Assembly (NCBI GenBank): GCA_012026655.1
Contig: JAAILG010000381.1
Coordinates: forward strand, 1 to 64,000
Length of the DNA stretch: 64,000 nt
DNA from: Hydrolagus affinis
Taxonomy: Eukaryota
Direction of reading: 5' to 3'
The first letter of the stretch is position 1. The number at the start of each line of letters is the position of its first letter. The notes below the pieces were generated by a model that searched no databases, had not been told where the DNA came from, and worked only from the letters and a program-made list of their open reading frames with translations. The position numbers and the translations under genes were made by a program. Shown here piece by piece: positions 26,501 through 37,000 of this stretch.

Positions 26501-29500
26501 ACTGCTGTGTGCAATTGGCTGCCGCGATTCACCCACAAATATATACAGTCTATTCACTTTACAGTATATTCTGTGAAGCGCTTTGGGACATTGATAAGAT
26601 GTGGAAAGCGCTATATCAAATGCAAGGATTATTATTATTATTATTTTAGATGATTCGGGCACACCCTAGCTAGTGACGGCACAGAGTTGTAGTGTTTATC
26701 ATGATGACATTTTTGATCACCTGGAACGTTAGATAACTTAGTTGAGTATCTAATAACCAGGCGTTTTTCAGGAGGTTGTTTAAGAAAATAATTTTAAAAA
26801 CGACTTCAAAGACTGGACATTCTAAATTACCCCCACAATGGAGTCAGTCAGGGCAAACTATCTCCCCATTCTTGTCAAATGCTTTACTCAGTATCTTGTC
26901 AGCTCCTTAAACAGCCAGCTCATGACCAAGTACATGAGGCTGCTTAACAAATACCAATGAAAAAGAGATGCTTCAAGGTTTTAATTCAAGGAGGGATATG
27001 TGAATGAACAGCCATCTAATAAGGGTGCAAGCATCTCAAAAGGTTTCTGATTATTAATAAATCCAAGACATCTTTTTTATTATGTTAATTTAAAAACACA
27101 TTTTTGTTCCGTATAACTCTTAGTTTAAGTCCCCACCTGGAATATATCATCATCTTGGATTCCAGATAAACCCTTGTGAAATTTAAAGTTTGGGGAAAGA
27201 CCTGGGGAATGGACGAGAGAAAACTCCAGTGGGAGGGTTGGCAAAGAGCAGAAACAATTGTCTGAATGGTCTCCTTCTCCACTACATATTCTATAATTCG
27301 ATGCCCATTTTAAACACATCATTTAAAGCTTTATCAATTTTCTTGCAGAGGAGGATGCAACAGATCATGAGGCAATGCTTCATCTCTGCTAAGAGCAGAC
27401 TGGAATGTAAACTGGGCTACTTTGATCTTCTGGGCTGTGACTTTATAGTTGATCAAAATTTCAAGGTGATGTGCAGTTATTTGTATTCTTTTTATTTCCT
27501 GTGTTTGTGTTAAGTCAGAGATGACAATTCCATTGACTTGTTGCGATCACTAATCTTGCTGCTGCCAACGGCATGGACTGGCCACCAGCAAAAGTCCAAA
27601 CGTAAAATGAACTCCACCAAAAAAAGTGATTGACATACATGAAGGAACAATTCCCCAGTCCATTTAAACACAACACAGGCAGCAGATGTAACACAGCACT
27701 AGTTCAGCCATGATTGATTTGGATGGCATTAATGCATGCAAAACACTACACAGGCCCAGACAATGCACACTCTTGTCGTATCGTTGAATGGGGGGGAGAG
27801 AGAGAGTGGTAATGAATTGGAAACGAAACCCTCTCGTGTTTCAGTAAATGGCCGCTCGCTGTATCAGTGTCTACCTCGCACAGTGACTAATCCCACAGTA
27901 CAATGAGCCATCTGATCGCCTCTCATTCAAACATCCTTTATGATTAATTAAAGGACTTTGTTGCCCAGTTTGTTTTCTGACAAGAGAGGTTTTTTTTTAC
28001 ATAAAGGGTTGAAATTGTTCAAATATTTGATTTACAATGTGCCTTCATAGACATAATCAATATGTGAGAGAAAACACAACTTGGTTCCAATTTTAATAAG
28101 CTTACAATAATAATCCTTGCATTTGATGTCATGACGACCAACCCTCTCAAAGCATTTTCGCTGCAGAGTATGACTGTGTATTTGTAGGCAAGCGCGATTA
28201 CCAATAATCTGAATACAGCAAAGACCTACAAACAAGGAAGTAAATGACAAATTTTGTCCGGGGGATAGTTGGCTAGGACACCGGGAGAATGACTGGCCTT
28301 TTCGCAGTGGTTACCACATTCGCTATTTGCAAACCCTTTCGACAATCTTTGCAATGAGATGTCAGAGCATGGGTTGGTCTGAATCGCTTTGCAGAATATT
28401 GAAGTGCATCAGTAATCTTCTAATGTCCACAGCTAACGGATAACTTTGTGTAATTCCCATTTGTGAGCCACTGTTTGTGCGGGTTAGCTGCATGTTTTGT
28501 AGGCGAAGAAAGAGGTTCGTGTCTCTCAGTTACTGGTCACGGGGAGAGGAGGTGACTGTTGAGATCGCTGTGGAAGATTGCCTTTACTCAATAAAATTAG
28601 GGTCTCCATGACCTTGCAGCGAAGATCCTGGCAGGTGGATCCTAAACTGGGATTTATTTACAGCCTAATTTACTATCGCATCAGTCGGGAGATCAGCCAG
28701 AATTTGTGCTTTCACTGCTGGAAAAGTGAGGCGGGTGGAGAAAATTTAGAAAGTTGATAGGATTTGTCTGCAGTGATCACCAAATTAAAAAAAGGATGAG
28801 ATATCCAGTAGATTTATTGGTGGGAATGTTTTACCTGTTGTCATGGTGGCTAAGGCCAAACAGAACTGGTTAGAATGATTTGCTTAATGTCAACATGCGA
28901 TTGTATGTGTAATGTTTGGATTAATAAATCTGCAATCTGAGAAAAGCCAGTAGACTTATTGGCTATATCGACTTAAATCGTCAGAATCATCCTGGCAATG
29001 ATATTGCAGTTTAATAACAACAACTTGCATTTATATAGCGCCTTCCACGCTGGGCGGCGTCTCAGAGCCCTTTGCAATGGCGGAGCCTGAGGCCGGGCCA
29101 GGGGGAGGGGGGAAAGTGACCGTAAGCGTGGTCGGTCGAAGAGAAAGGTCTTCAGGTGTGACCTGGAGATGGGGAAAGAGGAGCGAGGTGAGGGGGTTGA
29201 GGGAAGGAGTTCTAAAGGTTGTGGAGCGGAGGATGCGGGGTGACAAGGAGGAGGTCAGACCCAGTAGAGGCAGAAGGTTCTGCTGTGAAGAGAGAGGAGG
29301 TTAGAGAGGTCAGGGGGGATGCAGAGGAGTGGAGGGATTTGAACACAAGAGTGAAGATCCTGAAGTTGATCCACTCTGTGACAAGAAGCCAGTCATGTTT
29401 GGTTAATACCTAACCAACCATTCAGCCACTGAACAGTACTGCACAGGAGTCAATACAAATAATTAGTTTGTTGTTGTCCTTTCACTTATATAAATCATCC

Positions 29501-32218
29501 AATGGTTATTTAATTTATCACACTCACAAAGTGGAGTCCTGTAGCTCAGTGGTTAGAGTACTCGCCTTCCTTACAAGTGAGAGGCCTGGGTTTGATTCCA
29601 GGCAGATCAGGGTGAAACCTTGGCCAATTTCCTTACTCCATAGGCCTGATAATAATAATCCCTCAAAAAATGAACAATAATAGATTGATCATTTCAATCC
29701 TCGACTGTTTGTGGGGACGCTGCTGTGTGCAAACGTTGCCACCTTTCGTCCACATATATACAGTCAATTCATTTTACAGTATATTCTGTGAGATGTCTAG
29801 AAGATGTGAAAAGCGCTATATCAAACGCAAGGATTATTATTATTAAATTGTTTTTTTTTGTTCTTAGCTTAGAAAGTTTGAGATGCATTGGCCTAAAGCC
29901 ACTGTCTGTTTTTAGCACTAAGCTACAAAGAGCTGAAGGTTACAGAATCCAGGTGTGATGAGGTAGGTGTTGTGGTGCTATAATTGGCATCAGTCCACCT
30001 GGGTGAGGAAGGGAAAAATCTGGTAGAATCATTTGTTGTGATCCCTCCTGTTCAGTGACCTAAGGGCATACATGTGGGACATTGGATGTAAGGGCATGTG
30101 ACCTGGCTCTGTGTTGACGCTGGCATCGCAGGTGAAGCATTAAAACACTCCAAATTGTTGCAAGTCTGAAATTGCTATCGCACTCGCTTCAAAATAAAAC
30201 TTTTAGAAAATCATGAAGAGGGTCACCATCCGAAAGGTCGGTAGAATTCTTTCTGACCCTTGAGACGGCTTCCCGGCTGCCATATCTATTTGCCAAATCT
30301 CCTCACATTAAGGACCTGGATTAAGCAGCTGGAGGTGAATACGGCTGGTACGTGACATTGGGCTTGCTACTCAAGAACATTCAAGGTAGCTGGCACGTCA
30401 CAAGCTGTCCTGCAGAGGTCCTCCTCATGTGCTGAAAGCAGCTAAAATGAAAGTGAGTGCGATGAAAGAGGGGGATTTTAGATGGGATTTAGTCAGAGGT
30501 GCAGAGGGAGGGAGCGAGGTTACGGACATAGCAGTAGAAAATGGAGCAGAGGAGTGGATGAACACACTGCAGGCTCCAGCAGAAGGAGTGAAGGAAGAGT
30601 TGAGGTCGGAAAAGAATCACTGAATAATGGAGGTTCCTGGGCAAGAAGGGATTTATAGGTGAGGATACAGATCTTGAAGTTGATCCTTAGGGAGACAGTG
30701 GATCTTAGTGGAGCTTAGCTTCAGGTGAGCTATTTCAGTCGCACAAAGTCATCGAGGCGAAGGGAGAGAATCCAACCCAAAGGCTTGAGGCATCATCCAG
30801 ACATGAGGGGTTATATAAATACAATTTGTTGTTGTTGTTAATCAGTAATCCGTTGCATTTAATATAGTGCTTTTCGCATCAGGTGGACATCTCAAAGCGC
30901 TTCACAGGATCTATTGTAAAATCACGTGATTTACTGTAAAGAAATAAAACGTGTATTTTGTAGGGAAATGCAGTGTGCTGTTCTTTAAGGTTCTGCACTG
31001 ACAACAACAACAACAAAATTACATTTGTAGAGCGCCTTTCACGCCGGGAGGACTTCCGTGGATAAGTTTGTGCAAAAGAAACTGGGAGAAACATTTGAAC
31101 TTTAAAAAACCCACCGTAAATATCATAGTAGTTCTGCACCATCTGGTGGACGTTTAAAGCATTGACGTGTGAAAAGGAGTGCTGAGTTTCCGTATCCAAG
31201 ATTATGCAAAATTGGATCACTCACATTCAGGGCTATTTGAGAGAAAATGTTGTGTACAAACTGGCTGCGCTGTGTTCACCAACAAATAACAGTCACCACA
31301 CTTTGCGGGAAATTCCTGTGGAGTGCTTTGAGATGTGTCGGTAAAATAAATGGCTATTTTTTTCTTTAGGATGGTAAAACCGTTTTTGCGCATCCATCCA
31401 AACCAAACGCGGCTTCACAGAGAACCACTTTAATACCATTTTATATCTTCTGTGGGTCCTAAACTGGGAATGAGGAAAAAATACACTGAAAAAGTGTTTG
31501 ACAGGAATGCAATTGATCTATTTCAGGTCTGGTTACTTGAGATGAACAGTAGCCCATCTCTGGAGAGACACTGCGAGGTTCTCAAAAATGTCATCCCCAG
31601 TTTGGTTACTGAAGCTCTCGGTAAGATAGCCCATTTTCACCCTCGAGTTATCACAAAAAGACATTCGTGGTAAGGGCGGGTTTTCAGACATACGAAATGA
31701 ACACCCTTCTGTCACTTGGCAATTCTGCTTGTTTTAACAGTGGCTCTATTTTATTATTAGATATAGTCATTGAGATATTCATCAAAAGCGGACAAGCGCT
31801 ACCCATCCTGCCACTTCAGTCACAAAAGAAGTTCATCCTGCTCTATCACACTTGCTTCCTGGATTTGAACCTCAAGTCGATCACAAAGTCGAGGGCGGAG
31901 AATCTCTTCTTGGAAAAGATACCACACATCAGCCATTCTGACTTTTCAGCGACGAATCCGAAGAGGCTGGAGCCGTCCGCAAGCTTTGCTCGCACCCTAA
32001 CCAAATTAGCTCAGAGATCGTTTCACTCGCAGCGGCAGCTGCCAGAGATTAAAGAGGGACGGAAGCGACACTCTGCCAAACCTAAATCTAGCCAGGATGT
32101 AGCAACCACTCAAGGTGCTTTGATTGAATGTAAACCCAGTACGGCATCGAAGGCTTCTAAAGCCCACTCAAAATTGACTCCAAGATCGCCTCGTAAATCA
32201 TCATCAGCTAAGGCTTAG
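20510..32218 (+). CDS. ttll10: Tubulin polyglycylase TTLL10 paralog B (11 coding exons, 549 aa, divergent)
   Basis: Exons 20510-20615 (tentative; GATATGG Kozak, MASDDDG.., AG|GTGAGT), 21149-21257, 22287-22360, 22742-22862, 23184-23269, 23697-23868, 24246-24417, 25778-25918, 27349-27465, 31527-31620 (VWLLEMNSSP), 31761-32218. They total 1650 nt in one open frame. Six internal exons have the same lengths as copy A (121, 86, 172, 172, 141, 117 nt). Confidence 0.92.
21497..21757 (-). mobile_element. tRNA-derived SINE (internally deleted)
   Basis: Family tail and head both present. Confidence 0.8.
24535..24823 (-). mobile_element. tRNA-derived SINE
   Basis: Family sequence with the head partly deleted. 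Confidence 0.8.
25989..26285 (-). mobile_element. tRNA-derived SINE (left member of a head-to-head pair)
   Basis: Family sequence ending ..tttacaggactcca. Confidence 0.85.
26302..26645 (+). mobile_element. tRNA-derived SINE (right member of a head-to-head pair)
   Basis: tggagctcctgtggctcagtggttaga..gcaaggattattattattatt. Confidence 0.85.
27684..27951 (+). other. Conserved intronic block in TTLL10-B (paralog of 436-712)
   Basis: Contains long identical runs with the reverse complement of 436-712, e.g. cctcgcacagtgactaatcccacagtacaatgagccatctgatcgcctctcattcaaaca. Confidence 0.85.
29531..29845 (+). mobile_element. tRNA-derived SINE
   Basis: gtggagtcctgtagctcagtggttagag..aaggattattattatt. Confidence 0.85.
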
Positions 32219-32902
32219 CTCCAATCATGTATTAAGCCCCAAAAGTGTCCTGGAACTCAATTGGTGCCAAAATAATTGAGGTAAAGGTAGATACTTGGTA
32301 GATACTTCACAAAATTACCATCCAGCGATATTATTATTGTCCAGGATTAAGGCCCTTGGCAGAAATAGATATCACAAAGTTGATTCAAGCTAAGAAGATT
32401 TTAGCTCATAAGTAAATTTTTTTTAAAAAAAGAAACCCAATTCTGCCTGTTTAGTATTGTTGCCTTACAAGAGTGACGAGTTTATTTCTTGTCTGATTGT
32501 GTGAAAAAAATGAATATCTCAGTGAGGTGTATAAGTTCTACTCAGTAAAGTTGTAGTACTTATAGTGCACGTGTAGAGAGAATTCCCCAACAGCATTGCT
32601 CGTATCGTTTCGTTTGAGAAATTAAAAAATAACCATTCATATCGCCTTCTCTTCATTTTCACTTTGGCTCAAAGGCTAGTAGTCTGTTTCCTATTCAAAA
32701 CCTATATTAATGCTGTTCAGTTTCAGAAAACGCAGCTATGTAAGTGAAATGTGATTCAGAAAATCATCAAGCGCAGGTGCTATTTCTTAATGTAAAATCT
32801 AATCTTTAATTTTTAATTAACTACATCTGCATTTATCAATGATGCAATACCATCAGTGACAATTAACACATGTTTGCAAGTTTCAATCTAATGAAAGGTA
32901 TT

Positions 32903-33281
32903 GACAGCCTTGCCCCACCCTACATCCGCGACCTCCTAACCCCCTACCAACCTGCCCAACTCCTCCGCTCAGCAGGCTCTGGCCTGCTCCATGTTCCCCG
33001 ACCCACCCTCCCCACCAATGGTAGGCGAGCCTTTAACCACTTTGCCTCCAACTTCTGGAACTCCATCCCGCAGCTGTCCGCCTCACCCCCCGCCTGGCCT
33101 CCTTCAAGTCCCGCCTTAAGACCGTCCTCTTCCGACGGTCCCATCGGTCACTCCAAATCCTCCCCTTTCCCTCCACCCTCCCTGACCCTAGCTCGGGTCT
33201 GAAACAATGACTATCCAGCGTTTTGGGACGTCCTCCTTTACGTGAAAGGCGCCGTACAAGTGTAATTTTGTTGTTGTTGTT
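32903..33281 (+). mobile_element. L2-type LINE 3' fragment
   Basis: LAPPYIRDLLTPYQPAQLLRSAGSGLLHVP..GRRAF..WNS motif and (TTG)n tail. Related fragments at ~785-1000 (-), ~29013-29390 (-), ~47430-47810 (-). Confidence 0.8.
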
Positions 33282-34034
33282 CCTGCTGACAATAACAGTT
33301 TATTTTGGTCTGCCGAATGTCTGACACATGCGAAGCCCAGCACCATGCTTAAGGTCTAAACCATCATTGCCAAACTAGGCTAGGAGATGCACATGCGTAT
33401 GCTACCAACGCATGAAAATGTTCCTATATCTGGAATAGGATTGGCATTCTCTCACACATGATGGCCAAATTGCCTTCTGTGCTGTAAATTTCGAAATATA
33501 GTACTTCAATACTTCGGGAGAAGTATTTCCAGAAACTTTGCAGGTGCACAAGGCTTGGTGGACCCTAGAGTACGTGTTGCGAGTTTACTCACACGGCCTG
33601 CCGTTGAGAACACGGTCTGGCAAGCTTCCTGATTCTTGTTCAGGTGAGACCACTCCATCCATTTGGCCTTTGGTTTGGTGGAATACAGGAGCCACGAGGT
33701 AAGAATCCCAGTTTAAAAAAATAAAGAATTAAGCAAATCACAGAAAGAATTAAACATAAGAGAAAATCTCTTTCCCCAGAAAGTGGTTTTGTTGAGGAAT
33801 TATGCGCCACAAATCATTGTTGGAAGTAATATAGAGGTACCTGTTCTGGCTGTAAACCCTGAAAACAAATGGTGAATGTATGTTGAAACTGAAGAACATT
33901 TGCAACAGAAATTATGAATGAATGAAAGAAGTATACAAGTGAACTGGGGTGGATTGTATTTGAAATATTGTCAATACAAACAAACTAAATTATGAACTGG
34001 TCCAGTTACACCCAAACTGTGTATTGCTATTTGC

Positions 34035-37000
34035 TTACAGCACAAACAGATAAACTGCCAGAAGCTCCAGGGCAAAGGCTAGGAACAATGGGCAAAAAAT
34101 ATAGAGCAATTCATGTTGCAGAAATCTGACCGCAAACACATTTGAATTGCTTGCACCCATGGTTGAAGAGCTTTCTAGCTGACAGGTTTGTGAAGCCTGG
34201 TTCTGTCCTACATTCTCATCCCCTTTTTCCAATTCTCTTACCTCTGACCTGGTAAGGTTTGCCTCATTGTTTGCTCTTAATTTACATTTCATACATTGGG
34301 TTGATTCCTCAGTGTCGACTTTTGAATAAATGACACGTATGACTGCTTTACCTGGGCTACCTGCACCATCATTATCTTTCATTGAGACAATATCAGAGAC
34401 AGAGTTCAATGTTTTCTCTGACTCCTCAATTCCAGTCCCCTTCACTTCCTTCTCTGTCTGTTTGGGGGTTTGGGGACTCACTTTTGTGGGATTATTCTGA
34501 GCAAGCACAGTACTGTCTAATGATTCTTCATTAGAAGAATGAAGTGTGGCACTCTGCAGTGTGTCTTCCATTGAGTCTGAGGTTGGTTGGGAAGTAGAGT
34601 CAGTTGTTTGGAATGTCTCTGTACTTTCCTGAACATTAATCAATATCTGTTTGGGAATCATGGATTTCGGTGCATGTGTGGAAGTTGGTTTGTCGTGGTC
34701 GGGTGACTCCGCTTCGGTGCCTTTCAATGTTACATCTGCTTCTTTATCCTCAGTGTCATCCTCCAAGGCGAAGATCGACCATTTGCTGGGAATGTACTTT
34801 AGCAAAGAATCCCACTTATGCTCTCCGCAGTGGCTGCCAAGCCAAAAAAAAAGACACTGACAAAAGATACAGCAACAGAACCAAAATCAACGCACTGGTA
34901 TCCATTTCATTTTACAACCCGCAGTTAATTCACAGATGATCTAGCGATGAACCAGGTTCTGAGTTTGCTTTCTCAATCCCTGGGGGAGGGGGGGTGGGGG
35001 GGCAACTCATCTGTCCCAGGGGATTTCAGCCTTTTGAGCCCAACCAGAAATAAATAGGACTTTGCCAAACAGTCAGAAGGAACGGGGATGGGGGATGAGT
35101 GTGGCTGCAGAAGGAACATGTTTGACCTGCTTCTTATATTATAATCTACAAGTGAGCAAATATTTTGGAAAAACCTTTATAAATCTTGCAGGTGGTTTGT
35201 GCACCCACCTGTTTTACAAATGACAAGGATTGGTCATTTTATTTTGTCCCATTTCCCCCTCCCTCCCTCCCTCCTCACACACACACAATGCAAACAACTG
35301 CTATTATCTGGCAACAGCTGTGACCTAGACAAAGGTAATTATACATTCCTACACCAGTCACCTGCTGTGAAGAAGATTAAAGAGATCTCAAAAATGTACA
35401 ATTTGAACAGTAAAGGATCAACTTAGTCGACTCACGGCCTAACAAAGGATCACTTCTATTAATAAATATGTAACTCAAAAGCTGTAACTTTTGGCTGCAT
35501 TGCAAATTCTCTCTCTTCTGGTCACAGAAATGAAGAGCAATTGTACTTGAATCCTGTGTAAGCACGATTACTACCGTTACAAGGTAATCAGGGAGCAAAG
35601 CAAACTGTGATACAGGGGAACTGAACAGACTGTGGAAGAGAAAACAAAATGCATGACCACCATGTAAATGTGAGGAAAAGCACCTGTGAGAGACACTCCT
35701 TTGTGAGATGGGAATCCCTGTACCTCAAACTGACCTGTGACACTGGCCCTGAACCAAGATCTCCTGAAGCTGAAGTCTTACTCATCACTCTTTCCTGAAA
35801 GGGTCAAACACTTACTTTCAGAGAAGAAAGCGGTGGTGGTGAGGGGCAGGGGGAGGGTGGTGGAGAGGGCAGGGAGTGCTAACCAAATCCATGGTAACAA
35901 CACAATTTGCTTTCTTTTTGATTCAATATCCGTGTCTATGAAACACGTCATCCGGTGAAGGCAAAAAAAGTAAAAGTTAGTCGATGGGGATGACAAAATA
36001 TAAGCCATCGTTTGAATGACAAAGTTATATTTAAAAATCCCCCACTGGTGCAAATTTGCTTCACAATCATTTAAGGAAATTTCTGTTTCCTGGCACCGGA
36101 ACTGATGAACGCACGTGAAATAGTACGGATGGTGGGTGGGGACGCAGAGGAATATGGAAAACTACAATACATGCAAATTTGCCGGTGGATGTATTCAATG
36201 CTCCGTACCTATAATTTACTACTTGCGTAGATCGGACGGTCAGTCTCCCTCGTGTCTCAGTTGGTAACACCACTGGCTACGTATGGAGAGACTAGAGAAT
36301 CCCAGCAATGTAGTTGACCTCAGCAGTAGGTGGATATAACACAACCATCAACATTGTACTAATGATCTTTTCGTTAGGTGACAATACTAAGGTTTAGGGG
36401 TGCTAAGATGATAAGGGATTTCAAATTTAATTTACCTATTAAAAAAAAGTTTGGTCGCCTTAGCAATTTGCACAAGATAAATCTGAATGAATCCAACCAG
36501 AGACTGTTTGAGAGAAAATGGAGGCTGAACACACAAAACAAAATCTCAATGCAGCAATAATAGCTGGGCGATTGAGCAATTGTCTGAGCAACCGGTTGTT
36601 CAAAGCTTCGGAAAGATTAGGAAGACATCTGGCAACCACCCTGAAGTTGACCAGTTAGAACACGTGTACGCCATTGTTTTATACATACTCAGTAAAACAA
36701 GAAAGTTAAACCATTGCACTTACCTCATACAGTTTCCTTGCAGCCATGTGTCAATCGATTTGAAGTGAAATTCCATATTCTCATAAAGCGGGGAGACAAA
36801 CTTATAGGAATCAAAAATCTGCACCTTGCCATTCCTCGGCCGAGCACCGAGCGTCTTCTCTCCATCTCCAAACCAGATCTCAACGTGCACAATGTTGTGG
36901 AGCTGCAATTTGGCTGTCAACAATCGAGAAAAGCTTGGGTTTGACAAAAATTACAAAGTGTGAATAGGCCAGACATTGGACATTCAATGGCATAACTGGC

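Noticed and set aside
26252-26653. 133-aa ORF and similar ORFs sharing 'IQSIHFTVYSVKRFETS'
   Set aside because: Chance translations of the SINE family.
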